Shown here: one piece after another, positions 28,671 to 37,996 of the stretch | Layout: the number at the start of each line of letters is the position of its first letter | How positions within the stretch are numbered: position 1 is the stretch's first letter | Origin: Candidatus Spyradenecus sp. | GTDB lineage: Bacteria > Verrucomicrobiota > Verrucomicrobiia > Opitutales > UBA953 | Assembly: GCA_045535075.1 (NCBI GenBank) | Contig: JAZSKX010000015.1 | Span: forward strand, 1 to 64,000 | Direction of reading: 5' to 3' | DNA: 64,000 bases | Notes under the pieces: generated by a model | What the model was told of the DNA's origin: nothing | The model's input: the letters and a program-made list of their open reading frames with translations, nothing else | Database searches by the model: none | Program-made: the position numbers and the translations under genes

Positions 28671-29672
28671 ATGAACCTCGACCTCATTAAATCCTTGTCG
28701 CTGTCGGCATTTTGTGCCGTTGCAACCGGTTGTGTGAACTATGACATCGCTACGCAACAAAAGGTTTCTTTTTACTCGGAAGATACGCCTGCGGTAACGG
28801 TTTCCGTCAACGGACAGGTTGTCGGCGAAACTACTTGCTCGACCGTCCTTGACCGTTCGAATTCCTACGTCGTTATGTTTACGAAGGACGGTTATGAGCC
28901 GGCTAAGTATGATTTGGTGCCGTTTACGGATCCGGACACCGGAGTTGTTGCCTTTGTTGACGAAGTTTATTGTCCGGAACTCTCGCCGGCTTCGGAAGAG
29001 CCCGTTCCCGCAGAACCGGCAACGGCCGTAGCGGTTGCGGACGTTGAAGAGCCGCCGGTTGACGAGCCGGTTGTTGAACCGGAAACGGTTGTGGAGCCGT
29101 CTGAAGACGCGGTTCCCGCTGTCGTTCTTGGAGAAGAAATTGATGCGGAGCCGGAAGTGGTCGCCGAAGAATCGGATGATGCAGTCCCGGCAGTTGTTCT
29201 TGAAGACGAAGTCGTCGCGGACGTTGTTCCCGCAGACGCGGAACCGGCTGTTGAGCCGGAAGTTGCTCCCGAAGAGCCGGTTGCGGAACCGGAAGCGGTC
29301 GCGGAAGATATTCCCGCGGAATCGGACGAAGCGGTTGCGGAAGACGTTGCAGACGCAGAACCGGCTGTTGAGCCGGAAGTCGCTCCCGAAGAGCCGGTCG
29401 CAGAACCGGAAGCGGCTGCGGAAGATATTCCCGCAGAATCGGATGAAGCGGTTGCGGAAGATGTTGCAGACGCGGAACCGGTTGTTGAGCCGGAAGTTGT
29501 TCCCGCAGAGCCGGCGGAAGTTGAAGCTCCGGCAAAGCAGCTTCGTACGATGTCCGAGTTGCGCGCGGAACTTACGGAGCTCAAGCGTCAGCGCAAGCTC
29601 AACCTCATCTCTGCAGAGGAATTTGACAAACGTATGGCTGCCCTTGCGGAAGAAGTCAGCCAAACTTACTAA
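28671..29672 (+). CDS. Lipoprotein: PEGA-like domain, acidic Glu/Pro/Ala/Val repeat stalk, SHOCT-like C-terminus
   Basis: Lipobox ATGC; VTVSVNGQVVGET...FTKDGYEP; LTELKRQRKLNLISAEEFDKR. Confidence 0.75.
   Translation: MNLDLIKSLSLSAFCAVATGCVNYDIATQQKVSFYSEDTPAVTVSVNGQVVGETTCSTVLDRSNSYVVMFTKDGYEPAKYDLVPFTDPDTGVVAFVDEVYCPELSPASEEPVPAEPATAVAVADVEEPPVDEPVVEPETVVEPSEDAVPAVVLGEEIDAEPEVVAEESDDAVPAVVLEDEVVADVVPADAEPAVEPEVAPEEPVAEPEAVAEDIPAESDEAVAEDVADAEPAVEPEVAPEEPVAEPEAAAEDIPAESDEAVAEDVADAEPVVEPEVVPAEPAEVEAPAKQLRTMSELRAELTELKRQRKLNLISAEEFDKRMAALAEEVSQTY
29232..29500 (+). repeat. 117-bp in-frame tandem repeat (about 2.3 copies)
   Basis: Units start at 29232, 29349 and 29466 and encode ADAEPAVEPEVAPEEPVAEPEAxAEDIPAESDEAVAEDV. 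Confidence 0.9.
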
Positions 29673-29684
29673 TCGGTTTCCGAT

Positions 29685-29717
29685 AAAAACGCCCTCGTGA
29701 ATGCGGGGGCGTTTTTT
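29685..29717 (+). terminator. Intrinsic terminator
   Basis: aaaaacgccctcg...cgggggcgtttttt. Confidence 0.75.
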
Positions 29718-29763
29718 ATTAAAAAGAATCGCACCGAATGGGGTTCAATATTAGAGTTTGTCT

Positions 29764-31617
29764 ATGAAATCGTTTCTGAAATCTTTCTTTGCGAGCTATT
29801 TCGGCTCTTGCCTGGGGATTGTGAGCCTGGCACTTTTCCCGGTTGTCATTTTTTTTCTGATTGTGTTTGCGGCAATTTCCGAAACGGTTTCCGGCAAGGC
29901 CCCGCCGCTTGAACGTCAAACATTTCTTGTTGTTGATATTTCCCGCGGTTTTTCGGATCACCCGACTTTCAGTGCTTATAATCGAAACGATACCTTGCTT
30001 TCGCAGGGATACGGATCTTACGGGCTGCTGGATACACTTCTTGCGGTTTCGGAAGCAAAAAAAGATCCGAAAATTTGCGGGATTTTGCTCACGGGAACGG
30101 CTTGCTATGCCGGCCTGCCGACCCTAGAGGAAATCCGGAAATCGTTGATCGATTTTCGGGAGTCGGGGAAACCCGTATTCGCGTATCTTTCCTCGCCGAC
30201 GCTTGCCGATTATTTTCTCGCGACGGCGACAAATTGCATTTGGCTTCATCCGTTTGCAGAGCTTCCGCTCAACGGCTTGGCTTCCGAAAGTATTTATTTT
30301 AAGCAAGCTCTTGAAAAAATCGGAGTCGGAATTCAAATCGTGAAAGTCGGGAAGTTTAAGTCCGCTGTCGAACCGCTTATAGCCGATACGATGAGCGAGG
30401 AAGACCGGCGTCAGCGTGAAGCCCTTCTGAGAACGCAATGGAACAAAGTCGTTGACGCAATTTCGCGTTCCCGCCAAACGGATCCCCGCGCCTTGAATTC
30501 AATTTCCCGTCAAAACGGATTTTTGGATGCACAGGAAGCTCTTGCGGGAAAGCTTGTTGACGGAATTGCCTATAAAGATGAACTCATCGCAAGCCTTTGC
30601 GAAACCGGAGCCTTCGATTCTCAAATTAATTCATTTCGTCAAATTGATCTTGCCGACTATATTGAGCAGAAAGGCATTGCCGTAATTCCCGAATTTAACG
30701 CATTGCCCGAAGATGTTGAAAATCAAATCGCGGTTGTTTACGCGGAAGGAGAAATCGTCGACGGATACGGAGATATTTATAGTGTCGGCGGGGAGCGGCT
30801 CTCGGAGATAATCCGTGAGTTGCGCAGCAATCTCAATGTGCATGCAATCGTTTTGCGCGTAAATAGTCCGGGCGGCTCGGTTTTTGCCAGCGAGCAAATT
30901 CGGCGGGAACTGGAACTTGCCGCGCAACGGATTCCTGTCGTCGTTTCCATGGGCGATGTCGCCGCGAGCGGCGGCTATTGGATTGCAACTCCGGCGCAGA
31001 AAATTTTTGCGGAGTCGACGACGATTACGGGATCAATCGGCGTTTTCGGTGTTTTGCCGAATCTTAAAAGTCTCGGAGAAAAAATCGGAGTTTCGACGGC
31101 GAGTGTTGCGACATCGGAACTTGCAGAGCTCGGGACAATCAGCCGTCCGCAGACTCCGCAGGAACTTGCCGTTTTCCAAAAATCGGTGGACAAAATTTAT
31201 GATCGATTTACCTCGCTTGTTGCGCAAAGCCGTAAACTTTCTCAGGCGCGAGTGAAAGAAATCGCCGAAGGGAGAGTTTGGGACGGGAACGCCGCTAAAA
31301 ATCTTGCTTTGGTGGACGAAATCGGAGGGCTTTCCGCAGCAATTAATTATACGAAAAAGCTGGTAAAAGTTTCGCATCCGCGCTTGCGTCAGTATCCGGG
31401 CTCGGTGAATCCGTATCAGCAAATCGTAGACAGCTTGTCTGCGCCGCCAAACGGTCCCGTTGTCTCGGCGAATCGGTTTTTCGGAGAAAAGAATTCTCCG
31501 ACGGGAACGCTTTCCCGGGAGTTTACGGATTTTTGGAAAAAATTGCGTGCGCTTAACGATCCTAATTGTGTTTATGCGCGCTTGCCTTGGGATTTCCCGA
31601 TTCCGTCCGAACGATAA
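29764..31617 (+). CDS. sppA: Signal peptide peptidase SppA (67K type)
   Basis: GKFKSAVEP, LRVNSPGGS, SMGDVAASGGYWI, TGSIGVFG. Confidence 0.95.
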   Translation: MKSFLKSFFASYFGSCLGIVSLALFPVVIFFLIVFAAISETVSGKAPPLERQTFLVVDISRGFSDHPTFSAYNRNDTLLSQGYGSYGLLDTLLAVSEAKKDPKICGILLTGTACYAGLPTLEEIRKSLIDFRESGKPVFAYLSSPTLADYFLATATNCIWLHPFAELPLNGLASESIYFKQALEKIGVGIQIVKVGKFKSAVEPLIADTMSEEDRRQREALLRTQWNKVVDAISRSRQTDPRALNSISRQNGFLDAQEALAGKLVDGIAYKDELIASLCETGAFDSQINSFRQIDLADYIEQKGIAVIPEFNALPEDVENQIAVVYAEGEIVDGYGDIYSVGGERLSEIIRELRSNLNVHAIVLRVNSPGGSVFASEQIRRELELAAQRIPVVVSMGDVAASGGYWIATPAQKIFAESTTITGSIGVFGVLPNLKSLGEKIGVSTASVATSELAELGTISRPQTPQELAVFQKSVDKIYDRFTSLVAQSRKLSQARVKEIAEGRVWDGNAAKNLALVDEIGGLSAAINYTKKLVKVSHPRLRQYPGSVNPYQQIVDSLSAPPNGPVVSANRFFGEKNSPTGTLSREFTDFWKKLRALNDPNCVYARLPWDFPIPSER

Positions 31618-31621
31618 GACC

Positions 31622-32359
31622 ATGAAATCTCTCGCAAAAAAAGTTATTGATGCAACGCGGGAACTCTCCGATGCCGTTTCCGCTCTGACGTTTTCCGATC
31701 CCGTCGCGTATGTGTATAATCCGCTCGATTATGCGCGTGAAACGCACGAAGCCTTTTTGGAACGCTACGCGGCAAATAAAAAACGGGTTATTTTTATCGG
31801 AATGAATCCCGGTCCGTTCGGCATGGCACAAACCGGCGTTCCGTTCGGAGAAATTGATGCCGTCCAAAATTGGTTAGGTATTTTCGGCTTTGTCGGCAAT
31901 CCGCCGCGGGAACATCCCGCGAAACCCGTCGAAGGTTTTGCCTGTAAACGTTCGGAAGTCAGCGGGCGGCGTCTTTGGGGGCTTTTTAAGGAGCGATTTG
32001 TTACGCCGGAACGTTTCTTTGAAGAACATTTCGTGACGAATTTTTGCCCCTTGCTTTTTACGGCTGATAATCCCCGAGGGAAAAATCTTACGCCGGAGGA
32101 TCTTGTTCCCGCCGAACGCAACGCGGTGCTTGCACCTTGTGATGCGTTTTTGCGAAAGCTGACGGAGTTGCTCGAACCCGAGTGGTTGGTCGGTGTGGGC
32201 GCGTTTGCGCAAAAAGCCGCGATGCGTGCCTGCGACGGGCTTCCCGTGAAATATTCAACGGTGATTCACCCTTCGCCTGCTTCTCCGCTTGCCAATAAAG
32301 GTTGGGCGGAAAATGCTTCGGGCGCACTTGTTCGCAACGGCATTTGGCAGGCGGACTAA
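31622..32359 (+). CDS. SMUG1-type single-strand-selective uracil-DNA glycosylase
   Basis: YVYNPLDYA, GMNPGPFGMAQTGVPFG, RSEVSGRRLW, HPSPASP. Confidence 0.9.
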   Translation: MKSLAKKVIDATRELSDAVSALTFSDPVAYVYNPLDYARETHEAFLERYAANKKRVIFIGMNPGPFGMAQTGVPFGEIDAVQNWLGIFGFVGNPPREHPAKPVEGFACKRSEVSGRRLWGLFKERFVTPERFFEEHFVTNFCPLLFTADNPRGKNLTPEDLVPAERNAVLAPCDAFLRKLTELLEPEWLVGVGAFAQKAAMRACDGLPVKYSTVIHPSPASPLANKGWAENASGALVRNGIWQAD

Positions 32360-32386
32360 TTCAGTTTTCTATTTTTCTGTATCGTT

Positions 32387-34420
32387 ATGAGTTACGCTAT
32401 TTCACGTTTTAATACGATTCGCCGCAAAACGCGCGAAGTCCTCGTCGGAGGCACGGTCGGCATCGGAGGAAAGAATCCGATTCGTATCCAATCCATGACT
32501 ACATCGAATACGCTTGATGTCGCGGGAACGGTTGCGCAGTGCATCCGCCTTGCGGAAGCCGGAAGCGAATTGATTCGTATTACGGCTCCGAGTGTTCCCG
32601 CAGCTCAGGCTCTTAAGTCAATCAGCGAACAATTTCGTGCCGCAGGGTTCTCTCAGCCGCTTGTCGCTGACATCCACTTCCTTCCGGCTGCGGCGATGGA
32701 GGCGATAGAGCACGTCGAAAAAGTGCGCATCAATCCGGGAAATTATGCGGACAAACGCTCTGCGGGAACGCGCGATTATTCCGATAAGGAATATGCCGAA
32801 GAACTCGAACGCATTCACGATGCCGTTGCGCCGCTGATTCGCCGGGCAAAGGAACTCGGGCGTACGTTGCGCATCGGAACAAATCACGGCTCGTTGTCCG
32901 AACGGACGATGCGGCGTTTTGGGGATACGCCGGCGGGAATGGTGGAAGCGGCGCTTGAGTTTGTCCGCATTTGTGAAGCGGAAAATTTCCGCGACATCGT
33001 GCTTTCGATGAAGTCTTCCAATCCGAAAGTTATGATTGAAGCATACCGCCTCGCCGTGGAGAAAATGAATGCCGAGCGCATGGATTATCCGATTCATCTC
33101 GGCGTGACGGAAGCCGGCGAAGGCGAAGACGCACGCATTAAATCGACAATCGGAATCGGGTCTTTGTTGGTGGACGGAATCGGTGATACGATCCGTGTTT
33201 CCCTGACGGAAGATCCCTGGCACGAGCTTCCCGTTTGCCGAGAAATTCTTTCCCGCATTCGTCCGGAAAAAATTTCGGGAAGTGTTTCCGCGAGCCCGGT
33301 TTCCGACCGAAGCGTCGATCCGCTCGAATACCATCGTCGTGAAATTGTGTCAGTAAAATTTAATGACAAATGCTCTGTTTCCGCGGGAACGCCGCCGCGG
33401 GTTTTTACGTTTGCGGATGTCGAAAAACCGCTCCCGCAAATTATTGCCGATGTGCGTGCCGCAAATTTGAAGTCGATGCCGATTGAGGGGCTTGTCCTTC
33501 CCGTTGCGACGAAATCGGACCTCGCGGCGGCCTGTGAATTGCAATGCGCGTTGGAAGATGAAATCCCAGCGTTCGTTTTCGATCCCGTGAAAGACAGCAC
33601 TCCGGAACTTTTCGAAAATTTCTGTCCTTCCCGAAAGTCCGCGTCATATATTCAGCGGCGCTTCAATCCGGCAAACGCGGAGATTATTCCCGAGTGGGTT
33701 AATATCTGCCGCCGGAAGGAAGTCGGGCTAGTCGTTGATTCCACGGCGGCGGCGCGTTCGGCGGTTTTGCCGGCGTTGCGCGATTTCCCTCAGGAAAAAC
33801 TCATTTTTACCACGAGCCGGAAAACTCCCGGCGTCCACATGGTGGGCGGTTATCGCCAGCTTGCGCAAGCACTCGCTAACGTCGGAATTCATTCCCCGAT
33901 TTGGATTCGGGCAAGCGCGAAAAACACCGTCTTGCCGTTCCCGAAAATCCCGACGGCTTCTCCCGACGAAGCGCCGACTCTGGAAGCCGCCTTGCTTGCC
34001 GGTCCGCTTCTTTGCGACGGCATCGGCGATATTATTTCCGTTGAAACCGCGGGAACGCTTTCCAAAAACCTGCAACTTGCTTACGGAATTCTCCAAGGCG
34101 CGCGCACGCGCCAGACGCGTACTGAATACATCGCGTGTCCGAGTTGCGGAAGAACGCTTTACAATATTCAGGAAACCGTTCGCGAAATCAAAGCGCGTAC
34201 ATCACATCTTGACGGTGTAACGATCGGGATTATGGGTTGCATCGTAAACGGCCCGGGCGAAATGGCGGATGCCGATTTCGGTTATGTCGGCGGGGCTCCG
34301 GGGAAAATTAATCTTTATGTTCGCAAGGAATGTGTCGCGACCGGAATCCCGCAGGCAGAAGCCGTTGAGCGCCTTATTGCTTTGATTAAAGAACACGGGC
34401 GTTGGAAAGATCCGGACTGA
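32387..34420 (+). CDS. ispG: HMBPP synthase (long form)
   Basis: IQSMTT, LVADIHF, RINPGN, RIGTNHGSLS, ACPSCGRT, IMGCIVNGPGE. Confidence 0.97.
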   Translation: MSYAISRFNTIRRKTREVLVGGTVGIGGKNPIRIQSMTTSNTLDVAGTVAQCIRLAEAGSELIRITAPSVPAAQALKSISEQFRAAGFSQPLVADIHFLPAAAMEAIEHVEKVRINPGNYADKRSAGTRDYSDKEYAEELERIHDAVAPLIRRAKELGRTLRIGTNHGSLSERTMRRFGDTPAGMVEAALEFVRICEAENFRDIVLSMKSSNPKVMIEAYRLAVEKMNAERMDYPIHLGVTEAGEGEDARIKSTIGIGSLLVDGIGDTIRVSLTEDPWHELPVCREILSRIRPEKISGSVSASPVSDRSVDPLEYHRREIVSVKFNDKCSVSAGTPPRVFTFADVEKPLPQIIADVRAANLKSMPIEGLVLPVATKSDLAAACELQCALEDEIPAFVFDPVKDSTPELFENFCPSRKSASYIQRRFNPANAEIIPEWVNICRRKEVGLVVDSTAAARSAVLPALRDFPQEKLIFTTSRKTPGVHMVGGYRQLAQALANVGIHSPIWIRASAKNTVLPFPKIPTASPDEAPTLEAALLAGPLLCDGIGDIISVETAGTLSKNLQLAYGILQGARTRQTRTEYIACPSCGRTLYNIQETVREIKARTSHLDGVTIGIMGCIVNGPGEMADADFGYVGGAPGKINLYVRKECVATGIPQAEAVERLIALIKEHGRWKDPD

Positions 34421-34427
34421 TTTGACG

Positions 34428-34459
34428 AAATCCTCCGAGAAAATTCGGAGGATTTTTTT
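34428..34459 (+). terminator. Intrinsic terminator
   Basis: aaatcctccga/tcggaggattt followed by Ts. Confidence 0.8.
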
Positions 34460-34626
34460 GCGTTCCCGCAAAATGTTTCCGCCGGAAAAATCTTCGTTAG
34501 ATAGCTTTTTCTCGCAATTCCCGCGTTCTTTTAGGAAACGCTCTTGCCTTTGTCAAAAAACAGATTTTAATTCGTCAACGTAGCCGCGAAAGCGCGGAGC
34601 TACGAACAAGTCTTTACAAAAACCAC

Positions 34627-37600
34627 ATGGCAAAAAAAACACCCGTTAAATCCGGCGCAAAATCGACCAAGTTCGTTTATGAATTCGGTAAAAAAACCGA
34701 CGGCGCCGCGACGATGAAAAACCTTCTTGGCGGCAAAGGCGCCAATCTCGCCGAAATGGCTCGCATCGGTCTTCCCGTGCCGCCCGGCTTTACGATCAGC
34801 ACTGAAGTCTGCACGTATTATTATAATAATAACAAGACTTATCCGGTTACTTTGATGGAGGATGTGCGCAAGGCCGTCGCCAACATCGAAAAGCAACTCG
34901 GCAAAAAATTCGGCGACTCGGAAGGATTTCCGTTGCTCGTTGCCGTGCGTTCCGGAGCCCGCGAATCGATGCCGGGCATGATGGATACGATTTTGAACTT
35001 GGGGCTTAACGATGCGACTGTCGAAGCGCTTGCCCGCGTGACGCAGAATGAGCGTTTTGCTTGGGATTGCTATCGCCGATTCGTTCAGATGTACGGCGAC
35101 GTTGTTCTCGGTGTGCAAAAACTTCCGGGCGAAGATCACGAGCCGTTTGAAGTTGTCATTGAATCCGTCAAAGCGGATATGCTCGGCAATCCGGCGGCAA
35201 GCGATACGGAGTTGAATGCGCCGGAACTGCGGGAACTCGTTGTCCGCTTCAAAAAATTGATTAAAGACCGTACGGGATCGGAGTTTCCGAGCGATCCGTG
35301 GGTGCAACTCGAAGGCGCAATCGGCGCTGTCTTCGGGTCTTGGATGAACGATCGCGCGATTGTTTATCGCCAGAAATACCACATTCCGTCGGATTGGGGA
35401 ACGGCTGTCAACGTGCAGTCGATGGTTTTCGGGAACACGGGTGAAAAATCCGGTTCCGGAGTCGCTTTTACGCGCGACCCGGCGAGCGGCGAGAAAGTTT
35501 TCTACGGTGAATTTTTGATGAACGCGCAGGGCGAAGATGTCGTTGCGGGCGTCCGCACGCCGGCTCCCGTCGCAGCGCTCAAAAAAGTTATGCCGCCTGC
35601 ACACGCTCAATTGCTCTCGATTTGCAAAACTTTGGAAAATCACTTCCGCGATATGCAGGACTTCGAGTTTACAATCGAAGATTCCAAGGTTTTCATGCTT
35701 CAAACGCGTAACGGCAAGCGCACCGGTCTTGCGGCAATCCGTATTGCCTGCGAAATGGAACAGGAAGGACTTATCGATTGGAAGACGGCGGTTCGCCGCG
35801 TTCCCGCCGATCAGCTTGACCAAGCGCTCGCTCCGATTTTTGACCGCGTTGCGCTAAAAGACGCTAAGCAAATCGCGAAAGGGCTGCCCGCCGGTCCGGG
35901 GGCGGCTTCCGGACGCATTTACTTCAATGCGGAACGCGCGGAAGCGGCTGCGAAGGAAGGACAAAAAGTACTCCTTGTCCGCCTCGAAACCTCGCCGGAA
36001 GATTTGCGCGGAATGATTGCCGCAGAAGGCATTCTCACGGCGCGTGGCGGCGTTTCTTCGCACGCGGCGCTCGTTGCTCGCCAAATGGGGAAGGTATGCG
36101 TCTGCGGCGCTTCGGGAATCTCGATCGACTACGCGAAAAAAACGCTCTACGCGGGAACGCTCAAAGTCGAAGAAGGCGAATTTCTTTCCATCGACGGAAC
36201 GACGGGAACGGTTTACGAAGGACAGATTCCGACGGCTCCGTCCGATATCGTTCTCGGGCTCGTGAAAAAAGACGCAACGGCGCGCCGTTCCAAAGCGTTT
36301 AAGAATTTTGCTAAGCTCATGGATTGGTGCTCGCAGGTTACGCGCCTCGGCGTGCGTACGAACGCGGACGCGCCCGAGCAGGCGGAAGTCGCCGTCGCTT
36401 TCGGTGCGCAAGGTATCGGGCTGACGCGTACGGAACACATGTTCTTTGAAGGTAATCGGATTGATGCCGTTCGCGAAATGATTTTGGCGACGGATCTTGA
36501 AGGTCGTCGCACGGCAGTGAATAAATTGCTCCCGTATCAGCGCGGCGATTTCCTCGGAATCTTCAAAACGCTCAAAGGGCTTCCCGCAACGATTCGCTTG
36601 CTCGACCCGCCGCTACACGAATTCCTTCCGCATACCAAGGAACAGCAACTCGACCTCGCGAAGAAGCTCAACGTCTCCGTCGAGCAGGTGCAGCGTCGTG
36701 TTGCCGAACTTCACGAATTCAATCCGATGCTCGGACATCGTGGTTGCCGCCTCGGAATTTCTTATCCGGAAATTACCGAAATGCAGGCACGCGCCATTTT
36801 TGAAGCGGCGGCGGAAGTCATCAAAATGCGCATTCCCGTCAATCCGGAAGTGATGATTCCGCTTGTCGGCTTTGCGGCTGAATTTAAGAACCAAGCTGCA
36901 GTCATTCGCCGCGTTGCCGCGGAAGTGATGGCAGAGAAAAAGGTAACGATTAATTACAAAGTCGGAACGATGATTGAAATTCCGCGAGCCTGTGCGACAG
37001 CGGATCAAATTGCCGAAGAAGCGGAATTCTTCTCGTTCGGGACAAATGACCTTACCCAAACCACGCTCGGAATGAGCCGCGATGACTCCGGTTCGTTCCT
37101 TGGCGATTACATCAATCGTGAAATCCTGAAGGCGAATCCGTTTGCCTCGGTCGATCGCGAAGGCGTCGGCGCAATGATGCGTCTTGGCGTCAATCTCGGT
37201 CGCCAGACGCGTCCGGACATCAAGCTCGGCATTTGCGGCGAACACGGCGGCGATCCCGCGTCCGTTAAGTTCTGCCACAGCCTTGGTTTGACCTACGTCA
37301 GCTGTTCTCCGTATCGCGTCCCGACGGCGCGCTTGGCGGCGGCTCAGGCGGCGATTGAAGAGTCCGCTGCTTTAACCTCCCAAAACATGGCTACCAAAAC
37401 CACCAAAAAAGCAGCCCCGGCGAAGAAACCGGCGGCGAAGAAAGCTCCGGCCGCTAAGGCCGCTCCGAAGAAACCGGTTGCAAAGAAAGCCGCTCCTGCG
37501 AAGAAGGCGGCAGCCCCCAAACCGGCCGCTAAGAAACCGGCAGCGAAAGCTCCGGCGAAAAAGCCCGCTCCCGCCCAAAAACCGGCAGCCAAAGCCGCTC

Positions 37601-37779
37601 CGGCTAAGAAAACCGTAGCGAAGAAAGCTGCGGCTCCGGCGAAAAAGGCTGCTCCGGCAAAGAAGCCGGCGGCGAAAAAAGCGGTTGCCAAAGCCGCTCC
37701 CGCGAAGAAGGCGGTTGCAACGAAGGCTGCTCCGGCGAAAAAGCCCTGCGCGAAGCGTTGCGGCTGCAAGAAGAAATAG
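34627..37779 (+). CDS. ppdK: Pyruvate,phosphate dikinase with in-frame histone-H1-like C-terminal tail
   Basis: [42 protein letters not shown], then about 130 aa of K/A/P repeats. Confidence 0.96.
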   Translation: MAKKTPVKSGAKSTKFVYEFGKKTDGAATMKNLLGGKGANLAEMARIGLPVPPGFTISTEVCTYYYNNNKTYPVTLMEDVRKAVANIEKQLGKKFGDSEGFPLLVAVRSGARESMPGMMDTILNLGLNDATVEALARVTQNERFAWDCYRRFVQMYGDVVLGVQKLPGEDHEPFEVVIESVKADMLGNPAASDTELNAPELRELVVRFKKLIKDRTGSEFPSDPWVQLEGAIGAVFGSWMNDRAIVYRQKYHIPSDWGTAVNVQSMVFGNTGEKSGSGVAFTRDPASGEKVFYGEFLMNAQGEDVVAGVRTPAPVAALKKVMPPAHAQLLSICKTLENHFRDMQDFEFTIEDSKVFMLQTRNGKRTGLAAIRIACEMEQEGLIDWKTAVRRVPADQLDQALAPIFDRVALKDAKQIAKGLPAGPGAASGRIYFNAERAEAAAKEGQKVLLVRLETSPEDLRGMIAAEGILTARGGVSSHAALVARQMGKVCVCGASGISIDYAKKTLYAGTLKVEEGEFLSIDGTTGTVYEGQIPTAPSDIVLGLVKKDATARRSKAFKNFAKLMDWCSQVTRLGVRTNADAPEQAEVAVAFGAQGIGLTRTEHMFFEGNRIDAVREMILATDLEGRRTAVNKLLPYQRGDFLGIFKTLKGLPATIRLLDPPLHEFLPHTKEQQLDLAKKLNVSVEQVQRRVAELHEFNPMLGHRGCRLGISYPEITEMQARAIFEAAAEVIKMRIPVNPEVMIPLVGFAAEFKNQAAVIRRVAAEVMAEKKVTINYKVGTMIEIPRACATADQIAEEAEFFSFGTNDLTQTTLGMSRDDSGSFLGDYINREILKANPFASVDREGVGAMMRLGVNLGRQTRPDIKLGICGEHGGDPASVKFCHSLGLTYVSCSPYRVPTARLAAAQAAIEESAALTSQNMATKTTKKAAPAKKPAAKKAPAAKAAPKKPVAKKAAPAKKAAAPKPAAKKPAAKAPAKKPAPAQKPAAKAAPAKKTVAKKAAAPAKKAAPAKKPAAKKAVAKAAPAKKAVATKAAPAKKPCAKRCGCKKK
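37387..37779 (+). repeat. Lys/Ala/Pro-rich repeats (KKAAPAKK), histone-H1-like; possible nested in-frame gene
   Basis: In-frame ATG at 37387: [19 protein letters not shown]...[13 protein letters not shown]. Confidence 0.75.
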
Positions 37780-37803
37780 AACTTCTTCTCTAACCTAAAA
37801 CAG

Positions 37804-37862
37804 AAAACGTTCCCGTGAAAATCGGCACTTGCCGCACGGGAACGCTTTTTTTGCAGAGATGA
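37804..37862 (+). terminator. Terminator built from an inverted motif pair
   Basis: cgttcccgtg...cacgggaacg followed by c and T7. Confidence 0.7.
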
Positions 37863-37996
37863 GCATTTTTGCCTGTCTCGAAAGAAATATGACGGCAACC
37901 GGGACAGACGAAAGTGTCTGTCCTGTGTTTTAACTTTTGAAAATCTTATTTTGCTTTTGGCTTTGGCGGATAAAAAAATTATGCTTTCCCGCCAGT

